A stretch of DNA of 11,735 nucleotides from an uncultured bacterium (GCA_963978095.1 CAXBQP010000069.1:1-11735), one strand, 5' to 3'. Positions 1-8,738 are shown, counted from the first letter of the stretch. A program made the numbers and translations. Notes: a model not told the origin generated them from the letters alone.

Positions 1-260
1 GCGGGAGCGGCCCCGACCGTCGTCGGCGCGGCGGTGTGGCAATAGGCGCAGTTCACCCCGAGCGCGGCGGTGAAGGTATTCATGATCGCCGAGACCTGCG
101 GCCGCGGCATGTCCTTGGGGAGGACCTGAAGATTCTTCGGCGGCTCCTGCGAACCGCCACGCCCACCTCCGCCACCACCTTGCGCCGAAAGGATCGCGGG
201 GAATGCAGCGGCGCCAAGCGCCAGCGCGCTGGCCAACATCAGAGGGCGACGGAAGGTCAT
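1..260 (-). CDS. c-type cytochrome, photosynthetic reaction-centre cytochrome c (PufC-like) family; partial, 3' end outside window
   Basis: Not in the ORF track. Manual translation from ATG 260 gives MTFRRPLMLASALALGAAAFPAILSAQGGGGGGRGGSQEPPKNLQVLPKDMPRPQVSAIMNTFTAALGVNCAYCHTAAPTTVGAAP..., i.e. a signal peptide, a Gly linker, the KNLQVL...M...LGVxCxxCH signature and a CAYCH haem-binding motif. The frame is open to position 1. Confidence 0.85.
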   Translation of the reverse strand, partial: MTFRRPLMLASALALGAAAFPAILSAQGGGGGGRGGSQEPPKNLQVLPKDMPRPQVSAIMNTFTAALGVNCAYCHTAAPTTVGAAP

Positions 261-397
261 CGGCACGGGAGGGAGGGAGAAGGTGGCGTGGAATGGCTCG
301 TCATAGAACGTGCGAGCCGCGGGAAGTGTTAGCTAGGGGGCCGCGGCGCGTGGCGGGTTCGGTCGGTCGGCGACTCGGTTCGGGGCGGCCTGGCTGT

Positions 398-425
398 TTG
401 TCGAACGCAGAAGAGTGCGTAAGTT
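398..425 (+). promoter_or_regulatory. Possible sigma70-type promoter for the PQQ dehydrogenase operon
   Basis: TTGTCG (398-403), 16 nt spacer, TAAGTT (420-425), within a locally AT-rich patch of the divergent intergenic region. Weak consensus match only. Confidence 0.3.
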
Positions 426-489
426 GTTATACCACAATGACTACGTTTCCTGTGGTCCCCGTCGACTCCCCCCTGCGCCCTCGGTCGTC

Positions 490-2595
490 ATGCGTCCCAT
501 CTCCATGATCGCGCTGCGCGCTGCCCGCTCTGCGGCGGCGCTTTCGTCCCTCCTCGCGCTGGGTGCGTCCGGCGCCCGCGCCCAGAATGCCGACTGGCCC
601 GTCTACGGGGGCAATACCGACCACACCCACTACACCACCCTGAGCCAGATCTCGCCGGCGAACGTCAAGCAACTCAAGGTGGCGTGGACCTACGCCACTC
701 ACGACGAGTGGCAAGGCTCGGAGATGCAGAACAATCCCATCGTCATCGACGGGATCCTCTATGGGACCACGCCCAAGTTGCAGCTCTTCGCCTTGAACGC
801 GGCCACGGGCAAGGAGCTCTGGAAGTTCGATCCGAACCCCGGCAAGCCGGCGCCCCAACGGTTCCGCCACCGCGGCGTGGTGGTCACCGGCGATCGCGTG
901 CTCTACACCTACCGCAATCGCCTCTACGCGATCGACCGCACGCACGGCACGCCCATCAGGAGCTTCGGCGACAGCGGCTGGGTCGATCTGCGCGCGGGGC
1001 TCGATCGCCCGATCGAAGGTCTCTCGGTGAGTGCGAGCACCCCGGGCGTGGTCTTCGAGGATCTCTACATCATCGGCAGCACGGTGCCGGAAGCGTTGCC
1101 GAGTGCGCCCGGTGACATCCGCGCGTACGACGTGAAGACCGGCGCACTGCGCTGGAGCTTCCACACGATCCCGCACCCCGGCGAGTTCGGCTACGAGAGC
1201 TGGCCCGCCGACGCGTGGAAGATCGCCGGCGGCGCGAACGCGTGGAGCGGGGTCACCCTCGATCCCAAGCGCGCGATGGTCTTTGCGGCGACAGGGTCGG
1301 CGTCGTTCGATTTCTATGGCGCCAATCGTGTGGGCGACGACCTCTTCGCCAACTCGGTGCTCGCGCTCGACGCACGGACCGGCAAGCGCCTCTGGCATTT
1401 CCAGGGGCTGCACCACGATCTGTGGGACCGCGACTTTCCCGCGGCGCCGGCTCTCGTGACCGTCACGCGCGACGGCAAGAAGGTGGATGCGGTCGCGCAG
1501 ATCACCAAGACGGGGCATGTGTACCTCTTCGAGCGCGAGAAGGGGACCCCGCTCTTCCCGATCGAAGAGCGCGCGATGCCCACCACCCCGGGACTCGACG
1601 GCGAACAGCCCTCCAAGACGCAGCCCTTCCCGATCCTTCCGCCCCCCTTCTCCCGCCAGCAACTGACCGAGCAGGATCTCACGACCCGGACCAAGAAGGC
1701 GCATGAAACGGCGCTCCGGATCTTCCGCGAGTACAAGACCACCAACCCGTGGGATCCCCCCAATACCAAGGGGACGATCCTCTTTCCGGGCGTGGACGGT
1801 GGCGGAGAATGGGGAGGACCGGCCTTCGATCCGGAAAGTGGATTGCTGTACGTGAACAGCAACGAGATGGCGTGGCTCCTCAAGATGGTGCCGCGCTCCG
1901 ATGCGAATCTGTACGCCTCCACCTGCGCCAACTGTCACGGCGACAAACGCCAAGGCACCGCCGCCGGCCCGTCGCTCATCGACATCGGCAACAAGAAGAC
2001 CAACGCCGAGATCGCGCAGATCATCCGCGAGGGCACGGGCCGCATGTCCGCCTTCGGCGGCATGCTCGACGGCGCCACCATCAACGACATGGTGGCATAC
2101 CTCACGACGGGCAAGGACATCGCCGCAACGTCCGGCGTGAATCCGTATTATCTCAAGTACCGCAGCATCGGCTTCGACATCTTCTTCGACAACGACTCCT
2201 TCCCCGCCATCAAGCCCCCGTGGGGCACGCTGAACGCGATCGATCTCAACAAGGGGACGATCGCGTGGAAGATTCCGTTCGGGGAGTATCCGAAGCTCGC
2301 CAAGCAGGGGATCCGCAACACCGGCACCGACAACTACGGTGGCGCGATCGTGACGCAGAATGGGTTGCTGATCATCGCGGCCACCACCTACGACAACAAG
2401 ATTCGCGCGTTCGACAAATCGAACGGCAGGGTGCTCTGGACCGCAACGCTCCCGGCGGCCGGGAATGCCCAACCGTCCACCTACATGGTCGACGGGAAGC
2501 AGTATCTCGTGATCGCCTGCGGTGGCGGCAAGAACGGCGCCAAGAGCGGCGGCACCTATGTGGCGTTCGCCTTGCCGAACGTTCCGACCAAGTGA
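490..2595 (+). CDS. PQQ-dependent (glucose/quinate-type) dehydrogenase with internal cytochrome c domain, exported
   Basis: Signal peptide ending [82 protein letters not shown] and [14 protein letters not shown] motifs of mGDH-like PQQ propellers; CANCH plus a distal Met (GRMSAF). Start is more likely ATG 490 or 505 than GTG 415. Confidence 0.93.
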   Translation: MRPISMIALRAARSAAALSSLLALGASGARAQNADWPVYGGNTDHTHYTTLSQISPANVKQLKVAWTYATHDEWQGSEMQNNPIVIDGILYGTTPKLQLFALNAATGKELWKFDPNPGKPAPQRFRHRGVVVTGDRVLYTYRNRLYAIDRTHGTPIRSFGDSGWVDLRAGLDRPIEGLSVSASTPGVVFEDLYIIGSTVPEALPSAPGDIRAYDVKTGALRWSFHTIPHPGEFGYESWPADAWKIAGGANAWSGVTLDPKRAMVFAATGSASFDFYGANRVGDDLFANSVLALDARTGKRLWHFQGLHHDLWDRDFPAAPALVTVTRDGKKVDAVAQITKTGHVYLFEREKGTPLFPIEERAMPTTPGLDGEQPSKTQPFPILPPPFSRQQLTEQDLTTRTKKAHETALRIFREYKTTNPWDPPNTKGTILFPGVDGGGEWGGPAFDPESGLLYVNSNEMAWLLKMVPRSDANLYASTCANCHGDKRQGTAAGPSLIDIGNKKTNAEIAQIIREGTGRMSAFGGMLDGATINDMVAYLTTGKDIAATSGVNPYYLKYRSIGFDIFFDNDSFPAIKPPWGTLNAIDLNKGTIAWKIPFGEYPKLAKQGIRNTGTDNYGGAIVTQNGLLIIAATTYDNKIRAFDKSNGRVLWTATLPAAGNAQPSTYMVDGKQYLVIACGGGKNGAKSGGTYVAFALPNVPTK

Positions 2596-3761
2596 CGGAC
2601 GCCCCGAGGCGTGTGCGTCCGGTGATTGCGGCCGTGTTGGGCGTCGCGCTGTTGGCGCTCGCCATCTGGATCCTGATTCCAGGCCCGACCTACTTCATGC
2701 TGACCTTCAGCGTGGGCGGACCGGAGGTCAGTCTCTTCTACATGATGGCCGCGGTGTTCATCATCGCGATCGCGCTCCCGACGTTCCGGACCCATCGCGC
2801 CTCGCGGGTCGGGGCGGGCGCGGCGGCGATCGCCTTCGTGATCGCGCTCACCCCATTCGCGCGGGTCCCGGGCACCGTGCACGAGTTCGATCGGACCTTC
2901 GCCCGCACGTTGGGGGACAGCAGCGCCCACGCGACGCTCTCGCTCCGCACGCTGCTGCTGGGCGTTCCACTCGGCGACGCGAAGATCACGCGCGGCATTC
3001 CGATTGCGTCGCCCGGTGGGGTGCCGCTCACCATGAACGTCTACCAACCGACCGCGCGCGGACGCTACCCGATCCTCGTGCAGATCTACGGCGGTGCCTG
3101 GATGCGCGGCACGCCGGATTCGTTCAAGAACTTCGCGCAGTGGTTGGCATCGCGCGGGTTCGTGGTCTTTGCCATCGATTACCGCCACGCCCCCGCCGCA
3201 CACTGGCCGGCGCAGCTCGACGACACGCGGCTCATGCTCGCCTGGATCCGTGATCATGCGCCCGAGTACGACGGCGACACCGCGCGCGTGGCCTACATGG
3301 GCCGTTCGGCCGGCGCCCATCTCGCGACCATCGCCGCTTGGAGCGACGTGCCACCACCGCTCCCGCCGAAAGCGATCGTGAGCTACTACGGACCGGTGAA
3401 CCTGACGGAATCGTACAAGCATCCGCCGGTGCCGGATCCCATCAAGGTGCGTGAGACGGACGAAGCGCTGATCGGGGGCTCCGTGGATCAGTTCCCCGCC
3501 GCGTTCGCGGATGCGTCGCCGATCACCCACGTCGCCAAGGCGACCGTGCCGACCCTGCTCGTGTACGGACGGCGGGACCACATCGTGCAGCCGGTCGCGG
3601 GACACCTGATGCGCGACGGACTCACCGCAGCTGGCGTGACGACGGTGTATCTGGAGATCCCCTGGGCCGATCACGGCTTCGACGAAGTCTTCCAGGGACC
3701 CAGCAACCAGTTGGCGCTGTATTACACCGAGCGATTCCTGCGCAACGTCCTGCACCCCTGA
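2592..3761 (+). CDS. Alpha/beta hydrolase (HSL/family IV-like esterase) with N-terminal transmembrane helices
   Basis: GTG 2592 overlaps the upstream stop (GTGA). About three hydrophobic helices, then YGGAW oxyanion motif, IDYRHAP, GRSAG nucleophile elbow, and Asp (RRDHIV) and His (ADHGFD) of the triad. Confidence 0.9.
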   Translation: MTDAPRRVRPVIAAVLGVALLALAIWILIPGPTYFMLTFSVGGPEVSLFYMMAAVFIIAIALPTFRTHRASRVGAGAAAIAFVIALTPFARVPGTVHEFDRTFARTLGDSSAHATLSLRTLLLGVPLGDAKITRGIPIASPGGVPLTMNVYQPTARGRYPILVQIYGGAWMRGTPDSFKNFAQWLASRGFVVFAIDYRHAPAAHWPAQLDDTRLMLAWIRDHAPEYDGDTARVAYMGRSAGAHLATIAAWSDVPPPLPPKAIVSYYGPVNLTESYKHPPVPDPIKVRETDEALIGGSVDQFPAAFADASPITHVAKATVPTLLVYGRRDHIVQPVAGHLMRDGLTAAGVTTVYLEIPWADHGFDEVFQGPSNQLALYYTERFLRNVLHP

Positions 3762-4852
3762 TGTTGCCTTCACGCGTCCCACGCGGGCTGCTGGCCCTCC
3801 TGCTCGTCTGTGCGCCACCGCGGCTCGGGGCACAGGGGGTGACGTCCGCGGCGGCAGGCACCATGATCGGCGACGTGGTCATGCTGGGCACGGAAACCCC
3901 GCTCGACCATGCGATGATCAGTCTGATCGGCGGCGGACGACAGACCTTCTCGAACGATCGCGGCGTCTTCGCCTTCAGTCAGCTCGCGCCGGGTACCTAC
4001 CACCTGCGTGTCGTACACCTCGGCTTCACGCCTGCGCAGATGGACGTCGTGATCCCCGCCACGGGTGCCGCGCCCCGGGTCCGTGTGGAACTCGCTCGGG
4101 TATCGGTGCGACTCGCCGCCGTGAAGATCTCCGGCAAGCCGACCTGCACCAATCCCGGACGTCCGGACCCGGCGCTCAATCGCGATCTGTTCGAGGTCGT
4201 GCAGCAGATACGGTTCAACGCGGAGCAGTTCCAGGTCGTGTCGGACTCCTTTCCGTTCGCGTACAGCGTGCAGCGTGCGCGTCGCGAAGTGCATGCCGAC
4301 GACGCCCGTGGCCCTTCGGTGTACGACACCCTGCACATGCGCAGTGATGCGCACGGGTGGGAATACAAGATGGGCGATGTGGTGGAGCGTGAGCGGAACG
4401 GGCACTACGTGATGCATCTGCCGACGTTGCGCGACTTTGCCGGGATCGAGTTCCTCAACAACCATTGCTTCCAGTACGCCGGGCTCGACTCCACGAGGGA
4501 AGGCATGTTGTTGCGCATCGATTTCCGCGCCGACGATCAGATCCGCTCACCGGATGTGAATGGAACGATCTACCTGGACCCCAAGACCTACCAGATCCGT
4601 CTGGCCGAGCTGCAGCTGTCGAAGTTGGTGGCCGAGGTGCGTGAGATCACCGCCGTGAAGGTGCGGACCATCTTCCGCGAGCTCTCGCCGAACATCCTCG
4701 TGTTCGATCGCGTGATCGGCACCAACGAGATCAAGCACGGCTGGGGCTCGTGGGCGGTCGCCGCCATCGAGGAAGATCAGCGGATGATGCGCTTTGAATG
4801 GTTGCAGACTGAGCCCGGCAAGGGCGTGCCGCCATCGTCACCGGACGAATAA
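3761..4852 (+). CDS. Exported protein with N-terminal carboxypeptidase-regulatory-like domain; function unknown
   Basis: ATG overlaps the upstream stop (TGATG). Signal peptide ending RLGAQ; the segment TPLDHAMISL...TFSNDRGVFAFSQLAPGTYHLRVVHLGF is typical of CarboxypepD_reg; beta-rich C-terminus containing GTIYLDPKTYQI. Confidence 0.8.
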   Translation: MLPSRVPRGLLALLLVCAPPRLGAQGVTSAAAGTMIGDVVMLGTETPLDHAMISLIGGGRQTFSNDRGVFAFSQLAPGTYHLRVVHLGFTPAQMDVVIPATGAAPRVRVELARVSVRLAAVKISGKPTCTNPGRPDPALNRDLFEVVQQIRFNAEQFQVVSDSFPFAYSVQRARREVHADDARGPSVYDTLHMRSDAHGWEYKMGDVVERERNGHYVMHLPTLRDFAGIEFLNNHCFQYAGLDSTREGMLLRIDFRADDQIRSPDVNGTIYLDPKTYQIRLAELQLSKLVAEVREITAVKVRTIFRELSPNILVFDRVIGTNEIKHGWGSWAVAAIEEDQRMMRFEWLQTEPGKGVPPSSPDE

Positions 4853-4877
4853 CCTTCGCCACAGCTCGGGGGGCCGC

Positions 4878-5892
4878 ATGGACCGTCGCGACGGTCGCGT
4901 CACCCAAAGAGCCGTTCGCCAAGCTCATCAACGCGCAGGTCCGCGAGATCGCCTACGTGAGCAGCACCAGTGAAGGGGAGAACCTCGTCACGCGCGCCCT
5001 CGGCCTGGACCATCGGTTCGGCGGCAATGTCGTCACCGATGGTCTGCACTTCGAGGGCTCGCTCATGCACTTGATGGAGCTCAAGAAGCGCGGGCTCGAT
5101 GTGCGCGTGGCCAAGCCCACGCCGGACGCGCGCATCGAGTTCAAGGACCTGGAGCGTCTCGTCGACCGCGAGACGCGCCTCGTCGAGATCTCGGCCGCCG
5201 CCATGTACAACGGCTTCCAGCACGACCTCAGGAAGGTCGCCGATCTCGCCCATGCGCACGGGGCGATGATCTACGTCGACATGATCCACGCCGTCGGCGC
5301 GGAGCCCTTCGACGTGCGCGAGACCGGGATCGACTTCGCGAGCTGTTCCAGCTTCAAGTGGCTCATGGGGGACTTCGGGCTCGGCTTCCTCTACGCCAGC
5401 ACCGCAGCGCTCGACCGGATCGAACGTCCCGTGCATGGCTACTACCAGTGCGCGGACATCGACGCCAACTATCCCCCGCACCTCCCGCCGGGCGCGTATG
5501 AACCGGTGAGTTACACCCTGAACAAGACCGCGACAGGGTTCTTCGAGACGGGGTCGCTCAAGGGCGATGTCGAGGTCGGCCTCACCCTCCTCGCCAGCTC
5601 GCTCGGCTACGTGATGAGCCTCTCCCCCGAGAACATCCGTGCGCACCGGATGCCGATGCTCCAGCGATTGCAGGACGAGGTCCCGCGCTTCGGGTTCACT
5701 CCGGTCACGCCGCGGAGCAGTACCGCGAGTGTCGTGACCTTCGCCCGGAAGGATGTTGGCGCATCCGATATCCCGAGGCGATTGGAGGCGGCGAAGGTCA
5801 ACGTCCGCATCGCCAACCACTGGCTGCGCATCTCCCCGTCCGTGTACAACGCCATGGCCGACATCGAGCGCTTGCTCGCCGCGCTCGCGTAA
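4878..5892 (+). pseudogene. Aminotransferase class V / cysteine desulfurase-like PLP enzyme, N-terminally deleted and frameshifted
   Basis: Class V motifs FAKLINA..EIAYVSSTSEGEN, IYVDMIHAVG, SSFKWLMG (PLP Lys), FETGS and LRISPSVYN lie in the frame from about 4900 to 5892. Family-like sequence extends upstream of GTG 4957 without an in-frame start. The nearest ATG (4878, MDRRD..., preceded by GGGGGG) is in another frame that stops at 4971-4973. The usual N-terminal YL(N/D)xA segment is absent. Confidence 0.7.
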
Positions 5893-5904
5893 GGCGCTGG
5901 CCAC

Positions 5905-7260
5905 TCAGCGCAGGAGCGCGTCCACCGCATCGTAGCCGCACGGCACCTCGATCCCCGCGCGATCCGCGCCCGCATCGAGCAACGCGCGCACCGAGCGTGG
6001 ACTGCGACGCGAGGTCCAATAGGAGTCCACCGTCGCGCGAACGGCGAGCTGCAGCGGGGTGATCGTGTGCGACGAGCCGTGCACCGTCGCGTTCACATCG
6101 GCGCCGCGAGCGATCAGCAGCTCCACCACATCGTGTCGCGCGAGCCAGGCCGCCACGTGCAGCGCCGACGCACCGCTCGGGATCCCGAAATAGCCGTAGC
6201 CGTCGGCGAAGGTCGCGGTCGCCGGCACGCCGAGGTCGAGGAGCGCGCGCACACCGGCCACGTTATCGGTGAGCGCCCAGAGTGCGAGATAGCGCCCGCC
6301 GGCCGCGAGCACCTCCGCGACCCACTCGGGGTGTTCGGCGGAGATCGCCGCGATTCGAGGTATATCACCGAACACGAGGGCATGCAGCAGCTCGTCGCTC
6401 CCCGTGAGTGCGATCGGCACCTGACGTGCGACGAACGCCTCGAGCACGTCGCTGCGCCCCACGCGCACCGCGAGTTGCACGCATGTCACCCCCTCCGCCA
6501 CTGCGAGCGGGTCCGCGCCGTGCGCGAGGAGAGTCTCGACGATCTCGATCGCGTTGTCGCGCTTGATCGCGTGATGCAGGGTGGTCGTATTCCAGCGGCG
6601 GCAATGGTTCGGATCCACGCCGCGCCTGAGCAGCCAGTCCACGCCAGCGGCATCGTGCCAGTCGCACTTGCGGATGAGGATCATGCCGACCGAGTCCGCC
6701 GTCAGTTTTCCGCTCCCGACGAGGATCTCCATGGCGCGATTGTCGTAGCTCTCGCCCACGTGGTACGGGACCTCATCGTCGTTCGGATCGGCCCCGCGAT
6801 CGAGGAGGAGTTGCGTGAGCCCTGGATGATGCGCCACCCCAGCCGCGCCATAGAGTGCCGACTCGAAAGTGGGCGTCGGTCCGTGGTGCGGATCGTAGAA
6901 GCCCGTCTGGACGTTCGCACCGGCGTCGAGCAACGCCCGCGCGGCGCCGACGAAATCGGCGACCCCGTCCGGCGCCTGCGCATCGCGCGTGAGGAAGTTC
7001 GAGAAGGCGAGATGCGTCAGCGGATCCCAGTCGTAGGGTCCACCGCGCAATGTGGCCGCCGCAGGGTCGGCGGCGATGTACGCGCGAACACGGGCGGAAT
7101 CACCGAGGATCGCCGCCGTGTGGATGCTGGCCGCGGCGAGCTCGGGGTGCGCGACCAGGAGTTCCGCCGCGCGCACGGTGTTCGCGTTCGCATGCGCGCC
7201 GACCTGCGGGACCACGGCCTTGCCAATGAAATCGCACTCGAGCTCTCGGGAGACGGTCAC
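5905..7260 (-). CDS. Ankyrin repeat protein
   Basis: Repeated ankyrin motifs: ARALLDAGANV, SALYGAAG...LTQLLLDRGADPN, TTLHHAIKR...IVETLLAHGADP, SALHVAAW...VVELLIARGADVN, TPLQLAV. GTG 7260 overlaps the stop of the upstream gene (GTGA), so it is a better start than 7509. Confidence 0.9.
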   Translation of the reverse strand: MTVSRELECDFIGKAVVPQVGAHANANTVRAAELLVAHPELAAASIHTAAILGDSARVRAYIAADPAAATLRGGPYDWDPLTHLAFSNFLTRDAQAPDGVADFVGAARALLDAGANVQTGFYDPHHGPTPTFESALYGAAGVAHHPGLTQLLLDRGADPNDDEVPYHVGESYDNRAMEILVGSGKLTADSVGMILIRKCDWHDAAGVDWLLRRGVDPNHCRRWNTTTLHHAIKRDNAIEIVETLLAHGADPLAVAEGVTCVQLAVRVGRSDVLEAFVARQVPIALTGSDELLHALVFGDIPRIAAISAEHPEWVAEVLAAGGRYLALWALTDNVAGVRALLDLGVPATATFADGYGYFGIPSGASALHVAAWLARHDVVELLIARGADVNATVHGSSHTITPLQLAVRATVDSYWTSRRSPRSVRALLDAGADRAGIEVPCGYDAVDALLR

Positions 7261-8129
7261 TTGATCCGCACCACCCGCTCCCCCATCCGCTCGAACCGCT
7301 CGAACACCAGCGGATCGTGCCCGGGCACGATCAACCGCTCCGGCGCCACGCCCCGCATCCGCGCATGCTGCGCCACATTGCTGAGTGAATCGAGCGTCTG
7401 CGCGATCGGCCGGTGCTGGGTGAGGTTCTCGTAGAGATACACATTGTCGCTCGCGATCACCGCCGTTGAGCCTCCGGCGAGCCGGACGCTGGCGTACTGC
7501 GACGCCCACGTGTGTTTTCCGCCGGTGTAGACGGTGATCCCGGGGATGATCTCCTTGGCGTCACCGTCGATCAGACGGAGTCGCCCCCCAGTGCGCAGCG
7601 CGTGGAGCATCGCCGCATCGGGGGCATCGATCGTGTTGTTGATGCGCTTCCCCGTGGAGTCGATGTGATGCTCCACCTCCTCGCGCTGGATCCAGATGCG
7701 CGCGTTGGGAAAGAGGGCGGCGCCGTCGAAGTGGTCCCAATGGATGTGCGAGATGATCACATCGGTGACCTGGTCGGCCGGCACGCCGGCCAACCGGACC
7801 GCTGAATCGGGACGCATGAACCCCGTGGGCTTCCAGCGCGTGATCAGATCCTCGCGCTGGAAGCCGGCGTCCACCACCACCGTGCGTCCGTTAGGGCCCA
7901 AGAGGAGCCACACCATCATGGCGATGTCGAGGCGGCGACTCGTGTCGGCGCCGGCGATCAGACTGGAGACCTTGAACTGCGGGACGGTCGCGTAGCGGAT
8001 GGCGTAGGCGTCCCACGTCGTGGCCGACGCTTGGGCGCGGGCGGCGGACAGGGGAGCGGCGCAGGTCAGTGCGATGGCCACGGCACGGCGGATCGCAGGG
8101 GGAAGCGCGGGTCGGATGGTGGTCAGCAT
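7257..8129 (-). CDS. N-acyl homoserine lactonase-family metallo-beta-lactamase-fold hydrolase with signal peptide
   Basis: VVVDAG, SHIHWDHFDG (HxHxDH), FPNARIWIQREE, GGKHT, ASDNVY and PGHD motifs. Signal peptide MLTTIRPALPPAIRRAVAIALTCAAPLSAARAQ from ATG 8129. Substrate cannot be established from sequence. Confidence 0.87.
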   Translation of the reverse strand: MLTTIRPALPPAIRRAVAIALTCAAPLSAARAQASATTWDAYAIRYATVPQFKVSSLIAGADTSRRLDIAMMVWLLLGPNGRTVVVDAGFQREDLITRWKPTGFMRPDSAVRLAGVPADQVTDVIISHIHWDHFDGAALFPNARIWIQREEVEHHIDSTGKRINNTIDAPDAAMLHALRTGGRLRLIDGDAKEIIPGITVYTGGKHTWASQYASVRLAGGSTAVIASDNVYLYENLTQHRPIAQTLDSLSNVAQHARMRGVAPERLIVPGHDPLVFERFERMGERVVRIK

Positions 8130-8311
8130 ACGCCGTAATCGACCGAGGATCGCGGCCGACCGCAATGGTGGGGTCGCGCGAGGTGCGGGGGGGAGGCGCT
8201 TGGCGCTCGGCGTTGGTATGCGTGGAGTATGGCCAGCAGACTGGCTCATCATATGAATAGCGCGCCTCAATCACTCCACGTCCAGTAGGCGGCACTCGCA
8301 TGTCGTCAAAC

Positions 8312-8365
8312 AGTATATATTTGCATTTAGTCATTGATATGACATATTAAGTGTATATATTTACA
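8312..8365 (+). promoter_or_regulatory. hipBA-like promoter with candidate operator repeats
   Basis: AT-rich island: TTGATA (8334-8339), 16 nt, TATATT (8356-8361), ending 8 nt before ATG 8370. Direct repeat GTATATATTT(G/A)CA at 8313 and 8353. Inverted repeat GTCAT-TGAT-ATGAC (8330-8343) overlaps the -35. Confidence 0.65.
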
Positions 8366-8369
8366 GTCT

Positions 8370-8738
8370 ATGATCACCGAACGTGACGGCGTCAGGCTTG
8401 CCATGCGCTCCATCTCCGAGCACCGAATGGAGATCGCGCATCGCATCCGCGCTCATCGGATCGCTCGCGGCTGGACCCAGCGCGAGTTCGCCACGCGCAC
8501 CGCGATCGCCTTCGATACCTACGCGCACTTCGAGCGCACGGGGAAGTGCTCGCTCGATCGCCTCCTGCGAATGCTTGATATCCTGGGATTGCTGCCGTCC
8601 ATGGAGCTCGTGCCGGCACCGCTGCCCAACTCGCTCGCCGAGTTGCGTGCCCGCGAGACGCGTACGACACGCACGAGAGTCCGGTCTCGCGTGCGCTCGG
8701 CGAAGCTTCCTGATACACACCGCGATCCGAGCGCATGA
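8370..8738 (+). CDS. hipB: XRE-family helix-turn-helix regulator, probable HipB-like antitoxin
   Basis: IRAHRIARGWTQREFATRTAIAFDTYAHFERTGKCSLDRLLRML is an HTH_XRE domain; basic RTRVR tail; stop overlaps the hipA start (ATGA). Alternative start at ATG 8403. Confidence 0.82.
   Translation: MITERDGVRLAMRSISEHRMEIAHRIRAHRIARGWTQREFATRTAIAFDTYAHFERTGKCSLDRLLRMLDILGLLPSMELVPAPLPNSLAELRARETRTTRTRVRSRVRSAKLPDTHRDPSA

Noticed and set aside
1..260. Evidence of phototrophy
   Set aside because: A single PufC-like gene without pufLM or bch genes in the window is insufficient.
355..385. Short TCGG iterations (GGTTCGGTCGGTCGG...TCGGTTCGG)
   Set aside because: Too short and irregular to distinguish from low-complexity GC-rich spacer; not a CRISPR array or iteron set.
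1749..2591. N-terminal extension giving a 670-aa esterase ORF
   Set aside because: It is Arg/His-rich off-frame sequence overlapping the PQQ dehydrogenase; GTG 2592 coupled to the upstream stop is the better start.
4878..5892. Class V PLP enzyme as a DndA-like sulfur donor for the DGQHR (DndB-like) protein
   Set aside because: It lacks the C-terminal catalytic Cys loop of IscS/DndA/SufS enzymes, looks pseudogenised, has host-like composition, lies about 5 kb away in another operon, and no dndCDE genes are visible.
427..7434. Long antisense ORFs (427-2472 -, 2556-3833 -, 3770-4465 -, 4900-5904 -, 6067-7434 +)
   Set aside because: They are shadow frames of well-supported genes in high-GC DNA, with no recognisable motifs.
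7261..7509. N-terminal extension of the ankyrin ORF
   Set aside because: It overlaps the lactonase gene out of frame; the GTGA overlap at 7260 explains the start.
8220..8281. Active hammerhead ribozyme
   Set aside because: The core deviates at several normally invariant positions (ATGATGA for CUGAUGA, CATA for GAAA, G at the cleavage site) and stem I is weak; kept only as an unassigned structured element.
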